Shown: in pieces, positions 41,620-63,110 of the stretch
Position numbering within the stretch: the first letter of the stretch is position 1
Layout of the letters: each line of letters starts with the position of its first letter
Source: Octopus vulgaris
Lineage: Eukaryota
Direction of reading: 5' to 3'
Assembly: GCA_951406725.2 (NCBI GenBank)
Contig: OX597827.1
Location: 22,444,001 to 22,508,000, forward strand
DNA length: 64,000 nucleotides
Notes under the pieces: model-generated
Told to the model about the DNA's origin: nothing
What the model saw: the letters and a program-made list of their open reading frames with translations, nothing else
Databases searched by the model: none
Program-made: the position numbers and the translations under genes

Positions 41620-44024
41620 AGGGAATAAATTATTCCAATCTAAAATTCAGTATAATAATATTAGACCGAATTTCGTAATATATAATATATACATATAATT
41701 AATTTAGTGACGAACCACCATTCTACAATTCAGTCAATGAAAAAACCCGTCCAAAACCATGTTGTGAGACATATACCATACAAAATACTAATCTAAAATT
41801 TTAATAATATATAATATTGAACAGTAAGGTTATTACATATAATAGCAAATACTTTTAAAATCACAGCGAATACCATACAAAGAACATTCATCATAAAATA
41901 TTAATCTAAAATCAAATAAATTATAAATTGAACAATAAATTTTAATACAATAATATAATGTATAAAAGTAAGTACTTGTACATCAACTACGCGCGTTTCA
42001 TGGCTGAATTAGGACTATATAAAATCATGTAAGAAACCATATCCAAGTTCATTAGAACGAGAAAATGATTTTAGTCCCAAAAGCAAGTTAATCATCAGGT
42101 CAAATTCCTAAAAAAAAATCCCTAAAAACTAAAAATTTAACTTACCTCATAAGGAATTTAAAAAATAAGGAATAAATATATATATATATATAAAGAAACA
42201 AACCTGTAATGTAACCCCTAAGTTAAAGACGTTAATATTATTAAAAGTTACGAACTAAAATATTCAAATAGAGTATTATTGTGAACATGATTAATTCATT
42301 ATGGAGAAGGTAAATAAACGTAACTACGTGTTAGTGTATAAAGTTAATAAAAGACGTATGTTGATATCGTTTAGAATAAATTTTGAAAGACATGACTTAT
42401 CTGCCGGCGAACTACTCTAGATTAAACCGAAATAAGTGTACTTTAGCATTTATACTCAAAAGTAACGTGATAAATATGGCGTCCATTACCCAGAGATAAA
42501 TACATATTATATTTACTATAATAAAATTATCGACAAAGTATATTGTTTATTGAGTATTTAAAATACTTAAAACCTTTAGATCTACAAAAACAATAACTAT
42601 AACACAAACGAAATTTATGTGCTACGTAAATAATGCTATAAAACATTGTAAGAATGCACATATCGTTGAATTCGTTATCAGTAAAAAAGTAGTTATTTAT
42701 TCTAATTATATATAATTATGTAATGTTTGAAGTGTATTTTAAGCTAATTATATGTATTTAACGCTACTAATCATAACTATAAATTGGTAACTTTTCATGG
42801 GTTTTAAATAAATCAATACATTGTCTATACTTATATAAATAATTTAATTTATGCCACATTTAATATTACGTTCATCTTGGAAGTTAATCAATTGTTTTAA
42901 TAGCTGATAATATCTCAAAGCAAAATTTACTTCCTATTCTATACGATTTAGCCTTACAAACTATTTCCCATTTTAAATCGTATTTTATTCTTTTACATTT
43001 AAGTTCCCAAATGTATTTACTAAGGTCCGTAGAATTCATTAAATACCTGTTCTTAAAAGAATTCATATGTTGGGCCACCTGTGATTTAATTTTATTGGAA
43101 GTCGATCCTATGTAAATAGTATTTATGTTATCATTATTACTATTATTATTATTATCATTCAAAATCACTATACATTTATATAATACGTCCTCATTAAAAT
43201 TTACATTTAGTCTTATCTCTACAATTACAATCAATTGTATTCTGGTCTCCATTGGAGGTATTAATTTATTATTTTAAAACTTATTTAATTAAAATTTATT
43301 AAAGGCTGAAATGATATTGCCAACATAATTAGTGGTGGAAAAAATTTATTGCTTGAAAATATGTCCTTCTTTTTATGGTTCTCTTTAATAAATGTCTTAA
43401 TTATATTTAAAATCTCTTTGATAATGTTAGTTTTAACCTGTATCCCATAGGGAATTATTAGCCATATTTTATTCTTATTATTATTACTTTGAGGTTTATT
43501 GTTCATATTACTAACTACATCGGACTTCAGATGATTCTTAATGTTGTGTTTATTGTTATAGAAGGTGTATGCATCATTTAAATTATCTTTTAAATTATAA
43601 TTATATTCAGAATTGTTGAAAAATTTAATACTATTATTATATCCCGCCTTATGAAGCGCTTCATTATAATGTGGTACATGTTTATTGAATATGTCATAGT
43701 TGGAAGAAAGTAATGAAATTCGATTTCCTATATTATTTGCTAACGCTTTATTAATGGAAGGTGGATGGTTACTCTTAGCATTAATATATTTCAGGTTTTC
43801 GCTAATTTTATAGAAAGGTTGGGTTATAACTGTTATAAAGTTAACATTTACATCTAAGTAATTAACATTGCTATTTACGTTATAAATTGTAATCCTAATC
43901 TTACTGTTCAATACTATATATTATAAAAATTTTAGATTAGCATCTGTATAGTATATGTCTCACAGCATGGTTTTGGACGGGTTCTTCATTGACTGAGTTG
44001 TGGAATGGTAGTTTGTCTCTAAAT

Positions 44025-44025
<1 letters not shown>
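41620..44025 (-). mobile_element. Penelope-like element (Naiad-type motifs), 5'-truncated, with inverted terminal repeat
   Basis: RT thumb VNYLDV..YINAKSNHPPSI (43285-43911); linker CNCRDKTKC (CxCx5C) in a shifted frame near 43205-43230; GIY-YIG VLYKC..YIGST..H..SF..LSKYIWELK (42884-43190); 41699-41828 inverted at 43900-44025. Confidence 0.88.
41982..42106 (-). ncRNA. Hammerhead motif of the Penelope-like element, about 100 nt stem II
   Basis: Minus strand ttgac-CTGATGA-...ggactaaaatca...tgattttatatagtcc...-GAAA-c(gcgc)g-TA-gttga; base of stem II degraded. Confidence 0.62.
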
Positions 44026-44064
<39 letters not shown>

Positions 44065-44716
44065 TACATATATACATATATATTGTATATATATATATAC
44101 ATATGTATAGAGAAATATATACATATATATATATATAGATAGATGCATATATATATATATATAGATATATACATATAGACATATACATACATATAGATAC
44201 ATATACATACATATACACATATACATACACATGTATACATAGACATAGATGCATGTATATACACATATATACATACACATACATGCATATCTATACGCAT
44301 ATATACATACACATACATGCATATCTATACACATATATACATACACATACATGCATATATATACACATATATACATACACGCACATACATATATATACAC
44401 ATATACATACGCATACATACTTATACACATATACATGCATATATACATACACATACATACATACATACATATATATGTATACATACACATATATATGTAC
44501 ATATACACATACATACATATATACGTACACACATACATATATATATATATATATACATATATACATACACATACATACATATATACATACATATATACAT
44601 ATATATATACATATATACATACACATACATATATATATATATACATACACATACATATATATATACATATATACATACAGATACATATATATATACATAT
44701 ATACATACAGATACAT

Positions 44717-44750
<34 letters not shown>

Positions 44751-45296
44751 ACACATACATATATACATATATATACACATATACATACACATACATTTAT
44801 ATACATACACATACATATATACATACATATACATATATACATACATATACATATATACATACATATACATATATACATACATATACATATATACATACAC
44901 ATACATATAAACATACATATGCATATATACATACATATACATATATACAAACACATACATATACATATTTACATACACATACATACACAAAGATATATAT
45001 ACATATATACATACACATAGATATATACAAACACATACACACATATATATATACAAACACACATACATATATATGTATACATATACATACACATATATAT
45101 ACATACATATACATATATATATACATATATACATGCACATACATATACATATATACATACACATAGATATATACATACACATATATACAAACACACACAC
45201 ACATATATATATATATACATACACACACACACATATATATATATATATACATACACACACACATATATACTTACACACACACACACACATATATAT
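44025..45296. repeat. Degenerate (TA/CA)n compound microsatellite
   Basis: Direct inspection. Confidence 0.95.
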
Positions 45297-45297
45297 G

Positions 45298-45475
45298 CTA
45301 TTATTAGGCACAGCATATATATTTCGTAGAATTTCCTCAATGTAATTTGAAGTAAAAACAGGAAACAAAGCGAGGCAAATGACACTGCGTTCGATTGTGC
45401 AGTGAACTTCACCGAAACAATAAATCCTTAACTCGAGTAATAACAATAACAATAATAATAATAATAATAATAATG

Positions 45476-45535
<60 letters not shown>
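45298..45535 (+). mobile_element. 3' end of an R4/Dong-type element with (TAA)n tail
   Basis: LLLGTAYIFRRISSM* resembles the LLGTA.ILR C-terminus; short UTR then about 95 bp (TAA)n. Confidence 0.6.
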
Positions 45536-46045
45536 GAGTGGCAGCCTTTTGTTCCCCACAGCAAGAAAAGTGGCGATCTCCAGTGTAAATAGGATCTGAA
45601 GTACAACAGCCCCACCACCCGGATAATTTATTTTAAGCGGATGTTATAGCAGCGGTTTGCTTGTGAAGGTAAAAACATGCACTTTTCGTTCAAATTTTAA
45701 GCTGTTGGCGACCTGTGTGACGGACAAAACTCTTGTATTTGGCTGGAGTACAGCCAAAGACAGGAAATGTTGCAATTCATTACATAAAGAACCACACCTT
45801 GTAAGAAGCCATCTTAGTTATAAGTAGCCTAGGTCGTATGAGGGTACCGTGTTTGGGATTTTAAAACTAAAATAGTTGATTGTTTCTTTGAGAAATATAT
45901 CTTAGGTCAATTCTTAGGAGATTTCACTGAAAGTAAATTGCTGTTTTTTTTTTCGATTATTTTTATTAATTGCTTTTATATTTACGTATGTACGTGTGTA
46001 TGTGAATGTCTGTATATGCGTTCACACTCACACAGATATACGCAA

Positions 46046-46098
<53 letters not shown>

Positions 46099-46130
46099 CT
46101 GTTTATTCACACATTCACAAATACACATGG

Positions 46131-46166
<36 letters not shown>

Positions 46167-47135
46167 ATGAGTGTGTGTGTGTGCATGGATGTATATATAT
46201 ATAGTTATGCGCAATATTACATTTATAAATCATTTCTACACAAAACTCCACAGCGACAAAAGATTCATTACAATGTCCCCCATTCAGAAATAATATATAA
46301 TAATATATTATATGTATTCCATTAGAAAAACAATATATTCCAAAGCGAAATATGCGCGCCGTTAACCGCAAGGTTCTTTCTCATAGTAATACTGTACCAT
46401 ATATCAACTTAAGCCCGATATACAATTAGGTAAATATATGCTACTGTTCATAATTCGGATTTTTTTTTAATGCAGGCCCCTTATCGTTTTATTTATTTAT
46501 TGTGAACAGATATAGGCATAAATCGACTCGGCAATTTTTTCAGCAATAAGTTCGATGAGAAAATTATTGATGGGGAACAGGGAGTAGATTTATCGGCAAC
46601 AGAGAAAGATAAAGGCCGATATATGTTTGGTAACGATAAAGATAACATCTTAAATGTATTGCAGAGCGAACTACTTCATTTCTAATATTCGCGTTGTAAC
46701 TGAAACTGTAGAATGTTATCTATGAAGTAAAACATATTTGCTAAAATATACAAATATTCTTCTTAATTCTTCGATCACCATACTTATCTCTCCAGGAGGC
46801 TTTCTCGTAGCTATCATTCATGCATTAAAGTTCAATCATTTTATATTTTTCTATTACCTGTAACTAAATATGAGAATTTTTCGTACAATTAACTCCAGCA
46901 CCACGTGCTGTTCTGTCAATATAAACTTTATTAGTAATTTTTTTCATTACTCTATGTATGTGATGTATGTATGTAAGTACAAAAAAATATAACAAGAGCA
47001 ATTCCGTTATACAGTGGAATCGGAACTGGGATAGACATAACAGCCAGTGCATGCCTATTTGTGTATATATACATGTATACATAAATTTTAAATGTATATA
47101 TATATATATATGCCTCGTGAATATATATATATATC

Positions 47136-47169
<34 letters not shown>

Positions 47170-47171
47170 CC

Positions 47172-47220
<49 letters not shown>

Positions 47221-47327
47221 GAATATATATATATGTTTATATATACGCGTGTGTATGTATATATGTATATATATAGGGTATATATATATATATGTATATA
47301 TATATCTATATATATATATGGGATATG

Positions 47328-47371
<44 letters not shown>

Positions 47372-47424
47372 TATATATATATAACACCCAGTGCATGTCT
47401 ATTTGTATACATACATACATACAA

Positions 47425-47455
<31 letters not shown>

Positions 47456-47471
47456 CCATGTATATATACAA

Positions 47472-47525
<54 letters not shown>

Positions 47526-47644
47526 ATTTATCGTGGTATTTGAAACATTTTTTTATTAAGCACCATTAAAACAAATTTTCATCATACCATTTCTCTGTCT
47601 CTAAATATTCCAGTCGAAGTATCCACACCATTTATCCTCTTTCC

Positions 47645-47847
47645 ACTTTTGCCGACTGGACTACTACTCTCAGCTATGGTCTCCCCACCTTATACTACAA
47701 GGATGATAGCAGAGCTTGAAGCAGTCCAACGACATTACGCAAAGAAAATTGCATCAATGGAACGACTGAGCTACTGAGACAGATTGAAAGAGCTACGACT
47801 CTATTTCATGGAAACGAAGGCGTCGTCGAGAGGTACATCATCTGCAA

Positions 47848-47892
<45 letters not shown>

Positions 47893-47970
47893 ATATATAA
47901 GATACTTGAGGAACTGGGCCCCGTACCGGCCCAAACATGAACTTGACCTCTGGTTCAGTGAGATCCCGGA
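47645..47970 (+). mobile_element. Old degraded fragment of the same APE-RT LINE group
   Basis: [56 protein letters not shown]; interrupted by (TA)n at 47849-47888. Confidence 0.8.
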
Positions 47971-48032
47971 TATATATATATACATATATATATATATACA
48001 TATATATGACATATATATATATATATACATAC

Positions 48033-48068
<36 letters not shown>

Positions 48069-48777
48069 GGACATCCCTGGATGGGAGGTGACGGCAGCAG
48101 GGAGGGCCAAAAGGATGAGGAAAGCATCCAGAGCCAAATGGAGAAGCCTGGAACACAGGGAAACGATGACACATGTCCAGCTTCCAACACCACAACTGAA
48201 GACCAAAGAGGTGCGATGGCCGCAAGAAAGGAAAGGCACCCTGGAATTGATGGGAAGCAGGAGGTAAAGGGTGACAGAATCAAGGCTAAAGGAAGCCCTG
48301 TCCAGAGAAAGCAGAGGGACCCCAGCAAAAACTGTAAGGGCAGGGAAAGAAACACCTGCAAATTCTACCTGAGGGGGGACTGCTGGTACGGCGTTGAAGG
48401 TGCAAACTGTCGCTTTGCACATCGGAGGCCCTACCAAAACCGCACGGACGCGAGACAGAGGTCCCTTCCCTCAGGGAGAACAAAAACAAAAACAAAAAGT
48501 TAAAAGAAGGGAAAAAAGCGCACTGACCACTACTGAAAGACGGTATGCAGATGTGGTGCGCGGAAACCCAACAGGTGGCCAGCTTCACCCAGATGTGAGA
48601 AGGGCGGCAGCTGAACAGCAGTCTTTTTTGTGCATGGCACAAAAAATTGTTCAGCAGCTGACCTGGCTACAAGCACAAAGCTGGAACTACCACCACATAA
48701 GGCCACCTCCAACAGATGCAGGATGGCCACCACAGACACCAACACCAACACACACACCACAAAAATATTTCTACTGA
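48069..48777 (+). pseudogene. LINE ORF1 C-terminal part with CCCH zinc finger (one frameshift)
   Basis: [22 protein letters not shown]; continues in a second frame RRYADVV...QKYFY*, overlapping the ORF2 ATG at 48723. Confidence 0.7.
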
Positions 48778-51730
48778 ATGTAGGAGGGTTGCTGCGCGGA
48801 AACTGTAAAAAGAAAATTTCATTCCTGAGAGACCTTGTGACATGCAATCAAGCTATATGCATGGCACTCACAGAAACGCATCTTGAACCTGATATAGGTG
48901 ATGCAGAAATACACATGCCGCAATATGCAGTCATACGCACAGATAGAAAAGGGAGGAGCCATGGTGGAGTTGCAATGTACATCCGAGATGACCTCACGCC
49001 CCAGGTCCTGCTGTCATATTCAAACTCAGTATGTGAAACTCAAATTGTACACATAAGACAACTGAATATCGTCATATGCACTACATATCGCCCACCAGAC
49101 GCCCCAAAACACTCAGGCATGTTTGAAGACTGCCTAACAAAAATAGGAGAAGTCCTCACCAACCTTGAACAGCACAACAGTGTATTCTTCATGGGTGACT
49201 TTAACCTCCCCAATGTGGAATGGCCTGGGGGCAGATGCTCCCAGGGATGACACACCATCAGCAGGCACAGGTGGAGTCCCTGCTCCATCTCACAAATACC
49301 TCTTTCATGGAGCAAATAGTTCTGCAACCAACAAGGGCAGATAATATACTGGATCTCTGCTTTACAAACAATATGGATATTATCCATAATGTTAATGTGA
49401 TGCCGACAATGATCTCGGATCACAACATAATAGAGCTGTCTATGTATGGAACAAAAGCCCCCACAGACACACAGCCTATACGAAGCACCCACCATCTCTC
49501 CAACTTAAACTTTCATAAAGCCAACTGGAAGTCGATTGAGAAAGAGATCCTCAAACAGGATTGGCCTGAATGTCTCTCCACACCGGACATAAACATGAAA
49601 CACAAACACTTCATGTCCATAATACAAGCCATATGTGACAAATATGTCCCAATGTGCAGGGCCAGCACACACAAGAATAAAAACAGGATCCCTAGAGAAA
49701 GGAGGATTCTTATGAGACGACGGACAAGGATTGCAAACCGCCTGAGCAAGCACACCAAAAGTGGTGAGAAGTCTCGGCTCGAAAGAATGCTAATGGAAAC
49801 TGAGAAAAGTCTACATCAGTCCCATGAAAAGGAGAGAGCAGATAAAGAAGCTTGGGTAATAGAAAATATAAAATCAAACCCTAAAGCTTTCTTTAAGTTT
49901 GCCAAAGAGACAGCCACAGTGCACCAGAGAATAGGACCTCTTCCAAAAAGATGGCTCTCTCACAGGAAATCCCACGAGGATAAGTGAAATACTGAACGAA
50001 CAGTTCCAAAGTGTGTTCACTACACCTCTAGGACACAGGCAAGTAAACAACCCAGAAGAATTCTTTGCCACTTTACCAGCGGCCAAAGAGACAAAAATTG
50101 AGTACATCAACATCGAAGAAGATGATATCACACTAGCCATTGATGAGATTGACACAAACTCAGCTGCTGGACCTGATGGATTCCCAGCGATCCTTCTCAA
50201 ATCGTGCAAACGAGCCCTTGCAAAACCGCTACAGCTTCTTTTTCAGAGCTTTCTTGCAAGTGGTAAGCTCCCAGTCAAACTGAAAGAGGGGGTAATATGC
50301 CCTATCCATAAGGGAGGTAGCAGAGCAGATGCTAAAAATTATAGGCCTATCTCTCTGACCTCACACATCAGCAAAGTCATGGAACGAATAGTCCGTAAGA
50401 AACTAATCATGTTCCTTGAAGAAAATGACTTACTGTCTGACACCCAGCATGGATTTCGACCAGGTAGAGGCTGCCTAACACAGCTCCTGCAACACTATGA
50501 CTGGGTGTTGAAACAGCTACTAAATGGCTCAAATGTGGATGTAATATATCTTGACTTTGCAAAAGCCTTTGATAAAGTCGACCATGGTATGATCTGTCAC
50601 AAACTGCGTGGTCTCGGCATAGGCGGGAAACTTGGAGAGTGGCTGCACAACTTCCTAAAAGACAGAAAACAGGCAGTTGTGAGCAATGGAGCCACCTCCA
50701 GGGAAACGCAAATAACAAGCGGTGTCCCACAGGGCACTGTCTTGGGGCCACTGATGTTCATAGTGGCCCTTTCAGACATGCCTTCAGTTGCTACGATGAC
50801 CACCCTTGCTAGCTATGCAGATGACACAAAGGTCTCCCACGCAATACAGAACCCTGAAAATATTGCGCATCTGCAACATGAGCTGGACACAATATACAGG
50901 TGGGCTGAGGACAACAACATGCAGTTTAATGCAGGTAAGTTCCAGGCCCTGCGCTACTGGCACACAAAGGTAAATGACGTGAAGACTGGATACACTGGCC
51001 CAGGAAGAATTGCAATCCCTGAGTCAAAATCAGTGCGTGACCTGGGCATTGACATGAGCAATGATGCATCTTTCCAAATGCATATTGCTAATCTGGTGAT
51101 AAAATGCAGACGGCTAGCTGGATGGATTCTCCGAACTTTCAGAACAAGAGAGAAGGAGACACTGATGGTCCTATGGAAAACATTTGTCCTCAGCCGCTTG
51201 GACTACTGCTCCCAACTTTGGTCACCACACAATATAAAACAAACAGCAGAACTCGAAGCAACTCAGAGAAGCTACACAAAGAAAATCGTCTCAATGCAAA
51301 ATGTCAGCTACTGGGAAAGACTGAAGGTATTAAACCTCTTCTCCCTGGAGCGGAGGCGGGAGAGATATGCAGTAATATACATCTGGAAAATCCTGGAGGG
51401 TCTTGTCCCAAACTTTGGCATTCAAAGTTACTCCAACCGCAGAACGGGCGCCGCTGCGTGGTGCCAAGGATTCCAACATCACCATCAAAATACAGGTCCA
51501 GATACTGCAACAGCTTGGGTTTCAGAGGACCACAGCTTTTCAACATCCTCCCTAAATGCCTGAGAGACTTACATGGTGTGGATGTGGGTTTCTTTAAAAC
51601 TAAACTGGATCTCTTCTTGTTGGGAGTCCCAGATGAACCTACCTCACGACAGGAGACACGGATGCGGGCAGCAGCATCGAACTCCCTTGTTGATCAAGTG
51701 CCACGTATCAGAGGTGGATTCACAAACTAG
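48723..51730 (+). pseudogene. LINE ORF2: apurinic endonuclease plus reverse transcriptase, three frameshifts
   Basis: APE motifs LLNVGGL, LTETHL, HGGVAMYI, YRPP, GDFNLP, LDLCF, SDHN; RT motifs [43 protein letters not shown]; shifts near 49230, 49945 and 51450. Confidence 0.93.
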
Positions 51731-51803
51731 TGTGGCTCATTCAGCGGTGGTGCCCCAGCATGGCCGCGGCCTTCGGGCTAAAACATTTTTAAGGATTTTA
51801 AGG

Positions 51804-59336
<7,533 letters not shown>

Positions 59337-59338
<2 letters not shown>

Positions 59339-61314
59339 AATATGGGCTATAGACAACATAAAAACTAACCCCAGAGCTTTCTACAGGTATGCCAAAGAAA
59401 CGGCTACAGTGCACTGTAGGATAGGGCCACTCCTTGAAAAGGATGGCACACTCACAGGAAAACCAATGAGGGTAAGTGAAATACTGAATGAACAATTCAA
59501 GTGTGTTTTCACTCCACCCCTTGGGCATTTCCAAATCAGCAATCCAACTGACTTCTTTACCACTGCAGATATAGAATCAGAGGCGGCGACGATAAGTTAC
59601 ATCGAGATAAAGGAAGACGATGTAATAAAGGCTATAGATGAAATGAAAATAGACTCAGCTACTGGCCCCGATGGATTCCCGGCAATCCTCCTAAAAGTAT
59701 GTAAGAGAGTCTTAGCAAGACCACTGCAGTCCCTCTTTCAGAGCTTCCTTGCAGCTGGCAAACTTCCAAGGGGACTGAAGGAAGGTAAAATATGCCCTAT
59801 TCATAAAGGAGGTAGCAGAGCGGAGGCAAAGAACTACAGACCTATCTCTCTGACCTCACACATCAGCAAGGTCATGGAACGAATAGTCAGAAGGAAACTA
59901 ATCACCTTCCTTGAAGAAAATGACTTGCTGCCTGACACCCAACATGGTTTCCGACCAGGAAGAAGCTGCTTAACTCAGCTCCTGCAGCACTATGACTGGG
60001 TGCTGAAACAACTGCTCAACCACTCAAATGTGGAAGTCATATATCTCGACTTCGCAAAGGCCTTCGATAAAGTCGATCACGGAATGATATGTCACAGGCT
60101 GCGTGATCTTGGCATAGTTGGAAAACTAGGAGAATGGCTTCACGACTTTCTGAAGAATAGAAGTCAGGTGGTAGTAGCCAATGGGGCCACTTCCATTAAC
60201 ACGCAAATAATGAGTGGTGTTCCACAGGGCACTGTTTTGGGACCACTACTGTTCATAATGGCCCTCTCAGACATGCCCTCAGCCACGCAGAGATCCACGA
60301 TCACAAGTTATGCAGATGATACAAAAGTTTCACAGGCAATACAGAACCCTGAGGACACTAAACACCTGCAATGTGAGCTGGACGAAATATACAAGTGGGC
60401 TGAAAAGAATAGCATGCAGTTCAATGCTGGAAAGTTTCAAGCTTTATACTATCAGCATGCAAAACTGAATGCAATACCCAATGAATACACTGGACCCGGA
60501 GGGATTGCAATCCCAGAGGCACAATCAGTGCGTGACCTGGGTATTCACATGAGTGATGACGCGACCTTTCATGTACATGTTGCTAAACTGACAGTGAAAT
60601 GTAGACGGCTGGCTGGCTGGATTCTTAGAACCTTTAGAACAAGAGAACAAGAAACCATGATGGTCCTCTGGAAGACACTTGTCCTAAGCCACTTTGACTA
60701 TTGCTCTCAGCTATGGTCACCATCCAGTGTCAAGTTGATCACAGAACTTGAGGCGATCCAACGAAGCTACACAAAGAAGATAGCCTCTATGCAGAATGTA
60801 AGCTACTGGGAAAGACTCAAGAGATTAAAATTATACTCCCTGGAGCGTAGGCGGGAAAGATATGCCATAATATACATCTGGAAGATCCTGGAGGGAAGTG
60901 TCCTGAACTTTGGCATCGAGAGTTACACAAATGCCAGAACTGGGCGCCACTGCGTGGTGCCTAGGACTCCAAACCTGCCATCAAGATGTAGGACAAGATT
61001 CTGTGATAGCCTGGGCTTCCGAGGCCCACAGCTCTTCAATATCCTCCCGAAGAACCTGAGAGACCTGCATGGGGTGGATACAGATGTCTTTAAAATGGAG
61101 CTGGATCTCTTCCTGTCAGGTGTCCCAGATGAACCAACTTCACGGCAGGAGGGGCAGATGAGGGCAGCTGCATCGAACTCTCTCATGCACCAAATAGCAG
61201 TTGCTAGAAAGCCTCCATGAAGTGAAACCAAGTAGCAACACCAAAATGGCGGTGCCCCAGCATGGCCACAGCTCATAAGCTGAAACTAGAATCAATCAAT
61301 CAATCAATCAATCA
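59337..61314 (+). mobile_element. Young 5'-truncated APE-RT LINE with uninterrupted RT frame; (AATC)n tail
   Basis: WAIDNIK...VARKPP* open to 61220; near-identical to 53643-55610 in inverted orientation; TA/TATG arrays on both sides. Confidence 0.95.
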
Positions 61315-61315
61315 T

Positions 61316-61405
<90 letters not shown>

Positions 61406-61544
61406 ATATATATATGTATGTATGTATATATATATATATATGTATGTATGTATATATATATATGTATGTATGTATATATATATATATGTATGTATGTATA
61501 TATATATATATGTATGTATGTATATATATATATATGTATGTATG

Positions 61545-61579
<35 letters not shown>

Positions 61580-61658
61580 ATATATATATGTATGTATGTA
61601 TGTATGTATATATATATATGTATATATATATATGTATGTATGTATATATATATATATG

Positions 61659-61690
<32 letters not shown>

Positions 61691-61946
61691 TATATGTATG
61701 TATGTATATATATATATGTATGTATGTATATATATATATGTATGTATGTATGTATATATATATGTATGTATGTATATATATATGTATGTATATATATATG
61801 TATGTATGTATGTATATATATATGTATGTATGTATGTATATATATATATATGTATGTATGTATGTATATATATATATATATGTATGTATATATATATATA
61901 TGTATGTATATATATATATATATGTATGTATATATATATATATATG

Positions 61947-62015
<69 letters not shown>

Positions 62016-62055
62016 GTATGTATATATATATATATATATACATACATATATACAT
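61315..62055. repeat. (TA)n(TATG)n array
   Basis: Direct inspection. Confidence 0.95.
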
Positions 62056-62425
62056 TCAATATATATATATGTTGTATATACATGTATATATGAAGAAAGA
62101 TTTCTTAAATTTAAAGTTATTGCTTATATTAAACTCTTAAGAAGAATAGAATAACATGAACCTTTGTTTTAAGGAATTTTCCTATTTGAGGACTTTCACT
62201 GTTTGCAGCTTTTCGAACACACTTGTTCTGCGCTTACACTCAATCCGAGTTCCTCCTTCCAAAATATACGTCATTCTGTCTGTTTTTTAACATTTAAAAA
62301 ACAATATAATTAATATTTTTTCATTTAAGAACATCTCTCTTCAAATATTGTGACTGTTTAAAGAATATTTTGCAAAAACCTTTTAAATATATGAGTTTGT
62401 GAGTGTGTGAGTGTGTGTGTGTGTC

Positions 62426-62483
<58 letters not shown>

Positions 62484-62894
62484 CGTGCGTGCCATAGAGT
62501 GTGCTGGAGTGTTTGTATTTATTGCTTCAGTCAGAACAAATTTCAGGTATGGTCAATAAGGTGACCATTACATTGCTATTCGACTTGCAGTTGCAGCTAC
62601 CTTGAATCAAACATCAACATCATAAAAAGAGAAAGACACTTAAGGAAGGGCACATTATCCCCGAAAACAAACAGGTTTCACCTGAACGACGGTCATAGGT
62701 AGGCTCTTCATCAGGATATGACAGGCGGCAATAAACAACAATTACAAGTTTTCAAATTTTATTTCGCCCTCGATTATCGACTGATCAGACAAAGAGATGC
62801 ATTTCGAACCTACATTTCTGAAAATGAGTTGGTATCCATGCACATATGTATGTCCATGTGCATAAATGCACAATGTGCATAGATATAAATAGGT

Positions 62895-63110
62895 TTGTTT
62901 GTCCTCTCTGTGTTTAGCCCCTTGTGGGTAGTAAAGAAATAGTTATTTCGTCTGTCTTTACGGTCTGAGTTCAAATTCCACAGAGGTCGACTTTGCCTTT
63001 CATCCTTTCGGGGTCGACAGATTAAGTACCAATTGCGTACTGGGGTCGATCTGATCGACTGGCCTCCACCCCCTTAAAAATTTTGGGCCTTCTGCCTAGA
63101 GTAGAAAAGG
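62895..63110 (+). mobile_element. 5'-truncated SINE family B dimer
   Basis: Tail 1 ...aagaaatagttatttcgtctg joined to body and tail 2. Confidence 0.88.

Noticed and set aside
62665-62720. Minus-strand CTGATGA...GAAAC motif
   Set aside because: Stem I cannot be formed convincingly; at most a degraded remnant.
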